A DNA stretch of 64,000 nucleotides from Candidatus Thorarchaeota archaeon (lineage in GTDB: Archaea; Asgardarchaeota; Thorarchaeia; Thorarchaeales; Thorarchaeaceae). Location of the stretch: assembly GCA_003345545.1 (NCBI GenBank), contig PRDH01000012.1, forward strand, positions 1 through 64,000. The letters run 5' to 3'. Numbering within the stretch: the stretch's first letter is position 1; each line of letters begins with the position of its first letter. The notes beneath the pieces were generated by a model. It saw only the letters and a list, made by a program, of their open reading frames with translations, ran no database searches and was not told the origin of the DNA. The position numbers were made by a program, and so were the translations under genes. Positions 8,361 through 17,516 of the stretch are shown one piece after another.

Positions 8361-9014
8361 CTAGAGATAACGGCTGATGATCTCCTGGGTCTCGCGTTTC
8401 CATTCAACGCTCTTCTTTGCCAGTTCAGAGGCCACAGAGCCGGGCAATGTTTTATCGCGGGGAAGTGATTCTATCTGCGACAACCAAGCGGAGGTAGTAA
8501 GAGTGATGGGGTGCACACCGTTCTCACCCTCAAGGGCCTTGATGATCATTTCTCTTCCGTGAGCTACCTGGTAATAGATGTTGGTCAAGGGGGATCTGTT
8601 CAGAATCTCGCGGACCATCCGGTCCCAGCATGTTTTGGCAGTCAGAGCTCTCCGAAGCCTTCCGCGGTCCTCTTCTGGTAAGGATTGGTACTTGTCTATT
8701 GCATCCTTCAACGATTCGATGACGCCACCTACATACCCTGCCAGAGCTATTTCATCCATGCCCAACGTGTCGATCTCGACCGAGGACTTGGATCCATCCA
8801 AGCGAATTATCGCCTGACCATTCTCACCCGCGATTTGAAGAGAGAAACGCGCCATCCCCTTGAAGTGTTTGCCTTCACCCTCGCTATACTCCTCAAGAAG
8901 AACGTTAGGTTTGGAGGCAATTGCATACCAAGCAATACGAAACACTGCTGCAGCCTCATCAGAGCTGAATTTCAATGTTCGGGAGACTTTTGCCTGTTCA
9001 TCTGCTGCGGTCAT
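8361..9014 (-). CDS. Uncharacterised protein inside the Sec cluster
   Basis: 217-aa ORF with SD GAGGGAGG, 29 nt after sepsecS and 44 nt before tRNA-Sec. Confidence 0.85.
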   Translation of the reverse strand: MTAADEQAKVSRTLKFSSDEAAAVFRIAWYAIASKPNVLLEEYSEGEGKHFKGMARFSLQIAGENGQAIIRLDGSKSSVEIDTLGMDEIALAGYVGGVIESLKDAIDKYQSLPEEDRGRLRRALTAKTCWDRMVREILNRSPLTNIYYQVAHGREMIIKALEGENGVHPITLTTSAWLSQIESLPRDKTLPGSVASELAKKSVEWKRETQEIISRYL

Positions 9015-9043
9015 GTATCTTGCCCTCCCTCAGGGACGCTTAA

Positions 9044-10363
9044 CTATCTGCCAGCTTCCTTATCAAGTTTGGTTGTCGCAGTCTCGACGTCTTCATGGCT
9101 CGCTCCGATTGCAGCATTCATCACGATGTAACTGTGAGGATAGTTCTCGACAGAGGACCCAAAGGCTCCAGCCTCGACCGTTCTTGGCCCTGTGACCCTA
9201 GCATTGTACAGCCGAGCCCCAATCTCTTGGACATCAAGACCATTCAAGGTCATTGCCCATGCCACAGGATTCTTGACATCAAGAACCCGTTGACCATGTG
9301 TTTCAGCAATTGCTGCAAGTCGATCCCTAAGAAATGCTAGGTTCTCTAGTTGTTGTTGCTGCAGGTCCCGATACCTGTCAAGACCAAGAGAGAGAAGAGC
9401 GGATAGTGTTTGGACAATGGGCGCCGCTGTTGCTCTACCCGCATAGGTATCTGCTGTCCAGTCAATGACAGCAGGGTTCGGCGATACAATGATAGAACCA
9501 CCAACTGGTGCCATGAAGTTCTTGTCACTGCTCTGAACAATGGCGTCAACACGACCAGCATCGACTGCAGACTTTAGCTGATTCATTATGTCTTGAGACT
9601 GCACCCCGTAGGCATTATTGACCACGAGGGGGACATCATGGTCTGCACATAGTCGTGCAACAGATTTCACGGGGTCAGACTCTCGTGGTGGAAAGAACGT
9701 AGTTGTACAGAGAACAGCACAGGACTTGGTCTTCGGGATTAGTGTCTCTAATTCACCGAGGTTGACACGGACTGCATCATCTTCAATGAGTGTCGATACT
9801 GGTACCTCTTTCAGACCAGTGAGGGAGATTCCTCGTCTAGGGGAGATGTGGTCAATTCGAGGATAGAGTACTCTCTGAATATGCAGTTCTCTTCGCAGGG
9901 CACCCAGTGCGAGGGCAAGTGTCATTCCTGTAGAGAGAGGGGTGACAATACCTGCCTTCATATTACTCAGACCTAATTTCCGAATGGCATCAAGGGCAAC
10001 AGTGTTGGCAACCTGCTGCATCAGGGATGCCCCGGCAGCCTTTGGCTGGGGAGCGTTAAGCTGACCACTTCTCCCTATGCCATGATTGAATCCAGCTGCA
10101 AGAGCGCCGATGAAGGGCGATGCTATACGACCCTCACGTTCTCCAACACGAGCGGCCTCTGGGTCCTTGTCCGTGTCCATGGATGAGAGAATCTGGACCA
10201 TCAGTTCGAGCTGCGCATCCGTCAATGACTTATCAGGGAATACTCTTCTGTTCAAGACGTCTCGAATCGGAGCCATCATGGAGTCGATGGTCGTGCGACC
10301 TCGACGTGCGATGCTCTCAGGAATCGTCTTGTCCAGTATCCTGTCAAACTCATCACGGTCCAA
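9044..10363 (-). CDS. spcS: O-phosphoseryl-tRNA(Sec) selenium transferase (SepSecS)
   Basis: GEREGR, HGIGRSG..APQPKAAG, NNAYG, QSSDKNF (PLP lysine), YAGRA. Confidence 0.95.
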   Translation of the reverse strand: MDRDEFDRILDKTIPESIARRGRTTIDSMMAPIRDVLNRRVFPDKSLTDAQLELMVQILSSMDTDKDPEAARVGEREGRIASPFIGALAAGFNHGIGRSGQLNAPQPKAAGASLMQQVANTVALDAIRKLGLSNMKAGIVTPLSTGMTLALALGALRRELHIQRVLYPRIDHISPRRGISLTGLKEVPVSTLIEDDAVRVNLGELETLIPKTKSCAVLCTTTFFPPRESDPVKSVARLCADHDVPLVVNNAYGVQSQDIMNQLKSAVDAGRVDAIVQSSDKNFMAPVGGSIIVSPNPAVIDWTADTYAGRATAAPIVQTLSALLSLGLDRYRDLQQQQLENLAFLRDRLAAIAETHGQRVLDVKNPVAWAMTLNGLDVQEIGARLYNARVTGPRTVEAGAFGSSVENYPHSYIVMNAAIGASHEDVETATTKLDKEAGR

Positions 10364-11750
10364 AGCTGTATGTCTCCTCTACAAACCTCTCATAGTCCAC
10401 TTCTTCATTCTTCTCGATAGGAGTTTCGAACTCTACGGAAACAACGCCTCTCGTACCGAATGTTGCCCTAATAATACCGTCTACGCCGCCTCTTGTTCTC
10501 ACCCGCAGTCCTATTAGCGATTCAGCCGCCTTCTTGCTAGAGGCAAGTCCCTCAACAAGGACATCATGGCCGCGAACCCTCTGGACCTTGCCAGTGCGAA
10601 CCTTTCTTCGCTGGAGCATGATACTGTCAGGAATCTCGGTGATGATGCCAGATCCGATAATCCGCATCTGAGTAGGAGGCAAGTCCGTTCGGACGAGTAA
10701 GACTCTAGCGTGTGCATATACTGCCACTGGCTTTTGAAGGGCAAGAGCTGCATCGAATTCCGGCTCTTCGACTGAATCCACCACAACCCTGCGACCTCCC
10801 ACCACCTGAAAGGGGATGATTTGCCCTGTCGTTATCGGCATACCCAACGCTGCACTCACAACGAGATTCTTTGTGATTCGACCGTTGTACAGTGGATTGA
10901 CATGGATATGCACATGAACGCAGTCAGAGGTTGGAATGCTCTTGGGAGAACAGAGGTAGTCGCCCCGACTGATTAGGGTGGAATCCACCTCAGGAATGTT
11001 GATTCCAACTCGGTCACCTGCAGATGCCTGAGACCTGTTATGGCTAAAGGTCTCGATTGAGCGGACTCTACTGCTGATGCCGAGAGGCGCAATCTCAACG
11101 AGGGCGCCCTCTGCAAGTCTTCCCCGAACAATTGTGCCCGTTGCAACAGTGCCATGACCTTTCACTGGAAATGCATGATCAATGGGTATCAAGAGGGAAC
11201 CATTCACATCACGCACTCTGGGAACGAGAACTCTGAGAAGTGCCTTGCGAAGTCGATCTATGCCTTCATTCTTGTGAGCTGAAACTCGGACATACTCGAC
11301 CTTTTTGAATCCGGCATCAGCAACAATCTTCCTCATTTTGGCTTCGATCTGAACAATCTGGTCGTTTGCAGCCGCGTCGATTTTGGTGATGGCTACAACT
11401 AACGAATCGATGCCCATTGAAGAGAGGACAACCAAATGCTCTCCAGTCTGAATCTTGGGGCCCTCGTCTGCAGCTACTGCCAGAATTGCAGTATCAATGA
11501 TACTGGCCCCAGCAACCACACTCCTGATGAGATCGGCATGTCCCGGGGAATCAACGAGGGTCACCAGATAGTTCTCAAGGACAAACATGGTGAATCCAAG
11601 ATCAATCGTTATCCCACGTTCTTGCGCTTGGGGATGCCTATCGAGTCCTGCAGTAGATACCTGTTCGCTCAACACCCGTGCGAGCGCTGTTTTTCCATGG
11701 TCAATATGACCCATCAGACCAACGTGAACAGGGATTAGAGAGTCCATCAT
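10353..11750 (-). CDS. selB: Selenocysteine-specific elongation factor, archaeal SelB/EFSec
   Basis: GHIDHGKT, RGITIDLGF, DSPGH, TKID, IDHAFPVKGHGTV; short archaeal-type C-terminal domain; overlaps sepsecS. Confidence 0.95.
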   Translation of the reverse strand: MMDSLIPVHVGLMGHIDHGKTALARVLSEQVSTAGLDRHPQAQERGITIDLGFTMFVLENYLVTLVDSPGHADLIRSVVAGASIIDTAILAVAADEGPKIQTGEHLVVLSSMGIDSLVVAITKIDAAANDQIVQIEAKMRKIVADAGFKKVEYVRVSAHKNEGIDRLRKALLRVLVPRVRDVNGSLLIPIDHAFPVKGHGTVATGTIVRGRLAEGALVEIAPLGISSRVRSIETFSHNRSQASAGDRVGINIPEVDSTLISRGDYLCSPKSIPTSDCVHVHIHVNPLYNGRITKNLVVSAALGMPITTGQIIPFQVVGGRRVVVDSVEEPEFDAALALQKPVAVYAHARVLLVRTDLPPTQMRIIGSGIITEIPDSIMLQRRKVRTGKVQRVRGHDVLVEGLASSKKAAESLIGLRVRTRGGVDGIIRATFGTRGVVSVEFETPIEKNEEVDYERFVEETYSFGP

Positions 11751-11848
11751 ATCTCTCGGCACACAACAGTGGGAAGCAGACATAAACTCTTGCTCACAAC
11801 AAATCGAACTCAGAGTAGTTTATGTGGTAGAATGCAGGAGAGATAAGT

Positions 11849-12253
11849 ATGGTATCTAGGTCTCTTGAGAAGATGATGCTGATAGCAGTTGGACTCTCCA
11901 CAGCAGTCATCATTGGAGTGCCTGTTCTACTCTATGCTATCAATACAATGTCGTATACCACGCACCTCCAGGATGCACAGATGGCTGCTGAAGACATATT
12001 CGAAGCTGCAAATCGCATAGATAGTGGGGAACTCATGAACCTGACAATCCAAGTCCATATTCCCACAGGGGTGTCAATGAGTGCGAATGGCAGCTTATTG
12101 ACGATTATTCTGCTCATAGACAGCCAGCAGACTAAGTGGTCTGAGACCTTCGACCATCAGGTGTACATCATCCCTCCGACTGCTGAAGGTCACTACAACA
12201 TCATGTTCACTATTGTCTCCAATGTGATATACATTACACACTCGTTGGTCTAG
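11849..12253 (+). CDS. Membrane-anchored pilin-like protein
   Basis: N-terminal RSLEKMMLIAVGL hydrophobic helix resembling a class III signal peptide, then a beta-rich domain. Confidence 0.5.
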   Translation: MVSRSLEKMMLIAVGLSTAVIIGVPVLLYAINTMSYTTHLQDAQMAAEDIFEAANRIDSGELMNLTIQVHIPTGVSMSANGSLLTIILLIDSQQTKWSETFDHQVYIIPPTAEGHYNIMFTIVSNVIYITHSLV

Positions 12254-12363
12254 ATATAGCAGACACCATTAACTTACTATACTGGCTGTTTCAATTCAGC
12301 ATAACGTTTTTAATGACGGCACAAGTTGTCGCCGGTGCCAGCACCCAAGCGAGGAACGAATCG

Positions 12364-13413
12364 ATGGCTGAAGATACCGAGAGGCTTGATGAAACCGCTG
12401 AGGAAGAGGAACTTCCTGAGTCAGAAGGGCAGACTGAAGAACCAGTCGAGAAAGAAGAAAAGAGTGAGAGAGAGCCCAGACATAATCCGCTTGGGATCAT
12501 TCTCAACGTACGTATGCTTCGCAGGGTCGTACAGATTCTCTTTCTTCTGGGCATCAACGCCTACGTATTCACTGCATGGTTTGGTGCTGAGTACATCACG
12601 GCCTTCTGGACCACCATAAGAAACTATCTTCCCAGCATACCGATCCTGGCACCCCTAGAAGCGCCTTTTGCTGTCATCTCGGGCTCATTCGACACAATGC
12701 AGCGGACCTTCACATCTGCATTCTTTCCATTCTTCACGATCGGAGCGATGATCATCATCCTGATTTTCGTTGGCCGAGCACCATGTGCGTGGGCATGCCC
12801 GATTGGGACTATACAGGACTTTGCAACATTGCCGAAGCGCGAAAAAGTGAGACCGACAGCAGCTACTGAGATAGAAATGCGGAAAGGCAAGCTCTACATC
12901 TTTGTGGTCGTCGCTGGACTTGCAGTCTGGCTAGGAGCTTCCAGAGCTGTTGGCGGAGAATTAGTGCTTGAAACCATGCTTGGCGCATTTGCCAATGATG
13001 CATTCAATCCTCTGAATCCAGCATACATTCTCTTCAAGGTCATTCCAGAGCAACTGTGGCCAACAAGCCTAAGCACGCTCTGGTACTTCACTCAGTGGGG
13101 ATTCGCACTACTGCAACTCGCCTTTGTCATCTTCGTCTTTGCGGTCTCTATATGGGTACCAAGATGGTTCTGTAGATGGATTTGCCCAGCAGGGTGGTTG
13201 TACAGCGTCTTCTCTAGAGACGCACTCATTGGAATTGGCAGAAATCCAGCACGATGCACTCCCGATGTATGCAATGTCTGTGAAATGGTCTGTCCAATGA
13301 ACATACGAATCAGAAAATATCCGTATAAACACATGCACAGTCCAGATTGTATCATGTGTCTCGAATGCAAGAGCCACTGCCCCAACGATGCAATCGTCAT
13401 TCGCTTCTCATAG
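12364..13413 (+). CDS. NapH/MauN-type polytopic membrane 4Fe-4S ferredoxin protein
   Basis: GRAPCAWACPIG, RWFCRWICPAG and two C-terminal ferredoxin motifs; acidic N-terminus. Confidence 0.88.
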   Translation: MAEDTERLDETAEEEELPESEGQTEEPVEKEEKSEREPRHNPLGIILNVRMLRRVVQILFLLGINAYVFTAWFGAEYITAFWTTIRNYLPSIPILAPLEAPFAVISGSFDTMQRTFTSAFFPFFTIGAMIIILIFVGRAPCAWACPIGTIQDFATLPKREKVRPTAATEIEMRKGKLYIFVVVAGLAVWLGASRAVGGELVLETMLGAFANDAFNPLNPAYILFKVIPEQLWPTSLSTLWYFTQWGFALLQLAFVIFVFAVSIWVPRWFCRWICPAGWLYSVFSRDALIGIGRNPARCTPDVCNVCEMVCPMNIRIRKYPYKHMHSPDCIMCLECKSHCPNDAIVIRFS

Positions 13414-13767
13414 ACTGAGGTAACCGCTCTTCTTCAGGACATCCTCAAAGGCTCTGTGCAATTCAGAGTAGGCCTTGATGAACTTCAGACCTTGTTCAGT
13501 CACTCTTGCACCGCCGCCACCAGTCTTACCGCCCTTAAAGGTTTCAATAAGAGGCATGCCAAGTTTGTGTTCAATCTTCCTAATGGCGCCCCAAGCATAG
13601 CGGTAGGACATGCCAAGCTTCTCAGCGCCTTTTGTCAGCGTACCCTCCTCCAGCACAGCGGTCAGAATGGCACAGGCTCCAGGACCAAAAATGTACTCTC
13701 CTTCTGATTCAAACCACAGCTTGTAGTTTGGTTTGAAACCGCGTTTAGCACTGCCGCTCTTGGACAT
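13408..13767 (-). CDS. ModE-family winged-helix regulator (DNA-binding domain only)
   Basis: IFGPG..IL.AV.EEGTL..GA..LGMSYRYAW, GGKTGGGGA; SD GAGGTG before ATG 13767. Confidence 0.85.
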   Translation of the reverse strand: MSKSGSAKRGFKPNYKLWFESEGEYIFGPGACAILTAVLEEGTLTKGAEKLGMSYRYAWGAIRKIEHKLGMPLIETFKGGKTGGGGARVTEQGLKFIKAYSELHRAFEDVLKKSGYLSL

Positions 13768-13822
13768 TTCAATACACCTCAGCCTAGCAAGAAGTCCGCT
13801 CCAGTCATACACGCATACTGAT

Positions 13823-14047
13823 CTAATGGCCCCAACGGAGTCGCTCGGGTTTTGTATCCTTCTTGAAAGCCTTCTTCACAATCTTCCAGTGATCAGCACA
13901 GACATGGACCTTCCTTGCTTGAGCGTCCTTGACCTTCAGACCTGAGTTGGCGATGCTCTCCATGATTCTTACTGTTGCAAAGGATCTCTTCGACTCCTTT
14001 GAACAACCGATGATACTGCATACCTTTGTAGACGACACCTGGGACAC
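13823..14047 (-). CDS. Small zinc-finger protein
   Basis: CSIIGC...HVCADH followed by a basic tail. Confidence 0.7.
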   Translation of the reverse strand: MSQVSSTKVCSIIGCSKESKRSFATVRIMESIANSGLKVKDAQARKVHVCADHWKIVKKAFKKDTKPERLRWGH

Positions 14048-14093
14048 TTCGCTTGTCTACCAGTGATTGGACAATATAACGCTAACGCAGGTG

Positions 14094-15086
14094 TCATTCA
14101 TGGTCATTCTTCGGCGTGAGCACTGGACCTTTTGTGAAGTCGAATATTGTACGTTCTTCCCCATCCATGGAGAGCCTAACTACTCGGGATTCATCAACAA
14201 CACCGATTATGCATGCTGATAGAGCGTGGTTCTCAGCGATGCGTCCAACTTGAGTTAGATGCTCCTTTGCGGTGGCGACGAGGAAGCCCAGTGAAATGTA
14301 CATTCGAAGCCAATCCTCTAGCGGAATCTCAGAAGGTTTTGACATCCGAATCTCATCAAGATCGAGAGTACCCCCTTTCCCTGAGTACTCCAGCATCATC
14401 ACTGCTGTTCCCACTATACCAGCCACGGAAACATCCTTTGACGCGGACAAGATATGATGTTCTGCAAGATCATTCATGACTGACAGCCTACGCACAATCT
14501 CATCAGATGGCCTGTCAGTCACCGAGTCCCACCCGAGTCTGTAGTGTGCACCTCTTTGTCCGGCTCGGTCAAAAAGCAGAACGAGCATGTCTCCTACCAT
14601 GGCGCCTCCTGCAGTCAGCAGGTCATCCTTCTGAACGGTGCCTGTCGCGGAGCCCACAACATAGGTCGACGATGATCGGGGGTTGGTATGGCCGCGAACA
14701 ATGGGTATCTTGAAAGTATGAGAGCCAGCAATAAGACCGTCGAGTATCTTGTTTCCGATTTCCTGGTTGGAATAGGATAATGCGACCGCAAAGGAAGTCG
14801 GAGTGCCTCCCGCCGCATAGATATCCATGACATTGGCCAAGACGGCATTGAATCCTGCGGCTCGAGGGTGACCAAGGCAGAGGTCTTCAACAATGGCATC
14901 TGTGGTAAGGAGAACAATGTCATTGGAGCTAGTAACAATCGCAGCGGAATCCTCTCCGAGAGCGTGCGGAGTATTGCCCTTAAAAGATCTCAATCGCAGC
15001 TTATCAATTATGGATGGAAGGACGAATTTCCGTGAGATACCATCAAAGCTGAGCAGCAGATGTACAATATCATCAAGGCGGGCCAA
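14094..15086 (-). CDS. AIR synthase/PurM-superfamily protein (methanogenesis marker 2-like), not canonical SelD
   Basis: GEDSAAI, LLTTD, ANVMDIYAAGG, RGHT, KDVSVAGIVGT; lacks the N-terminal Cys/Sec-x-x-Lys of SelD. Confidence 0.8.
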   Translation of the reverse strand: MARLDDIVHLLLSFDGISRKFVLPSIIDKLRLRSFKGNTPHALGEDSAAIVTSSNDIVLLTTDAIVEDLCLGHPRAAGFNAVLANVMDIYAAGGTPTSFAVALSYSNQEIGNKILDGLIAGSHTFKIPIVRGHTNPRSSSTYVVGSATGTVQKDDLLTAGGAMVGDMLVLLFDRAGQRGAHYRLGWDSVTDRPSDEIVRRLSVMNDLAEHHILSASKDVSVAGIVGTAVMMLEYSGKGGTLDLDEIRMSKPSEIPLEDWLRMYISLGFLVATAKEHLTQVGRIAENHALSACIIGVVDESRVVRLSMDGEERTIFDFTKGPVLTPKNDHE

Positions 15087-15115
15087 GGGTTATCACCCCG
15101 TGTGAAGGCCCATCT

Positions 15116-15241
15116 CTAGGGCCAGGTAAGAAAACCGATAGCAAAGGCCGCCTGACCGAGCAGTACGCCAATACCTAGAAGTGATATTCCAATCATGAAG
15201 TAGATGAGCGCGCGCATCTCAGGGCGGATTTCCTCAAACAT
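15116..15241 (-). CDS. 41-aa single-TM microprotein (not in ORF track)
   Basis: MFEEIRPEMRALIYFMIGISLLGIGVLLGQAAFAIGFLTWP*; SD AGGTGA and a TATAA box upstream. Confidence 0.65.
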   Translation of the reverse strand: MFEEIRPEMRALIYFMIGISLLGIGVLLGQAAFAIGFLTWP

Positions 15242-15324
15242 AGTTACTCACCTTTGCACTACTGAGAGAAAAATCCTGCTACTTATAGACATTACGGGCT
15301 CTGCAAGAGGACGCGCTGCAGATG

Positions 15325-15648
15325 TTATACCTTATTCTTGAGTTTCTTTGCGATATCCTTTGGGATTGCGTCAGGGTATTCGTCCTCCGGCCCCATGTCA
15401 ACTACAGGTTTGGCTTTTTGTGCCGGAGGCTTGCACTTGCCATCTTCTGTCATTCGACGCTCTAGGCATTTTGAGAACTGGCACCATGCGCCATCACAGT
15501 CCTCATCAATCCATGTGCACCAGACTATCTTCTTGTTCCCCTTTTGAACTATCTTTAGAGCAAAGGGCTTCTTCTCACATCGAAAGTTCCTACAGAGTGC
15601 ACTACATTCCACATAACCTGTTGCCATTCCATTTCGCTCCAAGATCAT
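15325..15648 (-). CDS. Cys-rich hypothetical metal-binding protein
   Basis: CSALCRNFRC, WCTWIDEDC, WCQFSKC, GKC. Confidence 0.75.
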   Translation of the reverse strand: MILERNGMATGYVECSALCRNFRCEKKPFALKIVQKGNKKIVWCTWIDEDCDGAWCQFSKCLERRMTEDGKCKPPAQKAKPVVDMGPEDEYPDAIPKDIAKKLKNKV

Positions 15649-15662
15649 GCTTCTTCGTTATT

Positions 15663-16472
15663 TCATCTCTTCTTTGTTTGACTTAGCAGTTCATCTAGCC
15701 TTTTTTGGCCGCCTTCAAGAATGCGCGTTCCCCGTTCCAGTCTTGCTCTTGATGATTCATACTTCTCTCTTGAGATATCCCCGATTTTGAACTTGGCATC
15801 AAGTCGACTGCTTTCCTTCTGGAGAGCCTTCAGAGTATTCTTGATTCCCTTTGACCACTTATTTCCAGTCTTGATTGCATCCTTCAGGCTTGTTTGGAGT
15901 GCTTTGATGGACTGAAGTATTTCAGTTCGCTGTTCCTCGTACACATCCTTGTCAAGAGTCCCTGCGACACCCTCAAGTTTAGAGAGCCTCGCTTCGTGTC
16001 TGTCAAGATTCTCCAGGATTGTTTCGAGGGGGAGCTTTTCCTTCACTACGATTAGTTCATGACGCCGTTGCTTGGCGCGCTCGAATTCCTCTCGAAGAGC
16101 CTCTGCTCGTACTGTCAGCACTCCTTTGTCAGCCTGTTGAAGTTGCAGTGCTTGTCGGGTTGCCTTAGTCTGATCGATGATGCGATCGAGCTCCTCATCG
16201 AGAACAATGAGTTCAGCACCTGAGAGGAGAACTACAGCTGCCTCAGATGGCATGTCCTGAATAGTCACATCAAAGTGAGGAAGCAAGGCGGGGTCAATTG
16301 ATGTATCAGTTTCTGGACCTTCGGTTTCAGTGACTTGATCATGGAAGGAATCCTCTAACTCAGCGACTTTCTGAGAGTCCCTGAGAGTGAGAGGTTTCCC
16401 ACAAAGATTGCAGTACTTTCCATCAGGGACGTTTTGGCCACAAGAAGGACATTCAATGAGTGGTTTTGGCAT
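15663..16472 (-). CDS. Zinc-ribbon plus long coiled-coil protein
   Basis: CPSCG..YCNLCG N-terminus; heptad-rich helical C-terminal two thirds. Confidence 0.8.
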   Translation of the reverse strand: MPKPLIECPSCGQNVPDGKYCNLCGKPLTLRDSQKVAELEDSFHDQVTETEGPETDTSIDPALLPHFDVTIQDMPSEAAVVLLSGAELIVLDEELDRIIDQTKATRQALQLQQADKGVLTVRAEALREEFERAKQRRHELIVVKEKLPLETILENLDRHEARLSKLEGVAGTLDKDVYEEQRTEILQSIKALQTSLKDAIKTGNKWSKGIKNTLKALQKESSRLDAKFKIGDISREKYESSRARLERGTRILEGGQKRLDELLSQTKKR

Positions 16473-16531
16473 TCTCCTGTTCCATCCACATCTTAGACAG
16501 GTCTACAAGAGACCACGAATCATTACACAAG

Positions 16532-16849
16532 CTACTTCAAAGTGCCTAACCGACCCGCGACTTCGTCGAGTTGCGCCTTCGTGGTGACAATAGTATCTGC
16601 GCCATACGTGGGCAACACCTTCAGCTCTTCTACCAATAGCGCAATCGCCTTCACAGGATCAATCTGCTTCTTGTCTAGGGACCCATCCGGAAAAGTTAAC
16701 GACGCCTCAACCCACTTAGTCTTCGTGTCGTCAGCGGGGTACAGACAGTAAATGTAGTCACCATTACTGCAGATGAATGAGGGAGTATTCTCCCAGGCTT
16801 TTGCCAACAGCACACCAAAAGCCTTTGCATTTTCAGCTTTGTTAGCCAT
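16532..16849 (-). CDS. Hypothetical protein
   Basis: 105 aa, SD GAGGATGA. Confidence 0.75.
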   Translation of the reverse strand: MANKAENAKAFGVLLAKAWENTPSFICSNGDYIYCLYPADDTKTKWVEASLTFPDGSLDKKQIDPVKAIALLVEELKVLPTYGADTIVTTKAQLDEVAGRLGTLK

Positions 16850-16930
16850 CAGGATTCATCCTCGGGGCTAGATGTTGTAGCAAATGTCACGCCTGTGAAC
16901 TTATTTGTTTTGCTCATGGATGGTGGACAC

Positions 16931-17497
16931 TCAGGGTCGATGCCATACGAACGAATAGTGGGCGATTTCGCCACTCGCCTTGACTGTCGCAATGATAAAC
17001 CGCTTCCTCACACTCGTAGCCAAGCGACCTGCGCGGACAATGTCTAGTGGAACGACCCCATTCTTCTGGGGAATAACATGCACAAGAAAAGGTGCATGAT
17101 CGAGCCCTGGACCCTTCTCATAGACTGCAAAGTCAGTCCCGAACTTTAGACCGGGACGCACGACATACCCTAGTTCACGAAGTTGCGCATAGACCAAGAA
17201 CTGGTCTTTGAAATCCTTAGACCGCTTTGAGCCCAGGTTCATGATTTTTCTCAAGCTTAGAATACGATCATCTTTCGAGTCCAAGACCTGTAGCTTCTTC
17301 TCACGAGTCAGGTAGGCACATTCCAGAAGAGAGAGCTCAAGGGGTTTGTCGAAGACTGGTGACTTAGGTTTTCTTATACCCACAGGTTGTCCAAAGTAGC
17401 CATTGTCATAGAGTTGCATGCCGTCCTTCGGGTCCCAAACAATCGCTCTGCCCCCAACAAGCCTTGCAATCGCAGTTCCTTGGACTTCTCCTGTCAA
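16931..17497 (-). CDS. endA: tRNA-splicing endonuclease, catalytic subunit
   Basis: LELSLLEC.YL, GLKFGTDFAVY, DHAPFLV, RLATSVRK (Tyr/His/Lys triad). Confidence 0.93.
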   Translation of the reverse strand: MTGEVQGTAIARLVGGRAIVWDPKDGMQLYDNGYFGQPVGIRKPKSPVFDKPLELSLLECAYLTREKKLQVLDSKDDRILSLRKIMNLGSKRSKDFKDQFLVYAQLRELGYVVRPGLKFGTDFAVYEKGPGLDHAPFLVHVIPQKNGVVPLDIVRAGRLATSVRKRFIIATVKASGEIAHYSFVWHRP

Positions 17498-17516
17498 TTC
17501 ACGGCACCAGCCAGTA

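Noticed and set aside
14094-15086. Calling this gene selD
   Set aside because: Lacks the N-terminal Gly-rich Cys/Sec-x-x-Lys motif; fits the marker-2/AIR synthase-related family better
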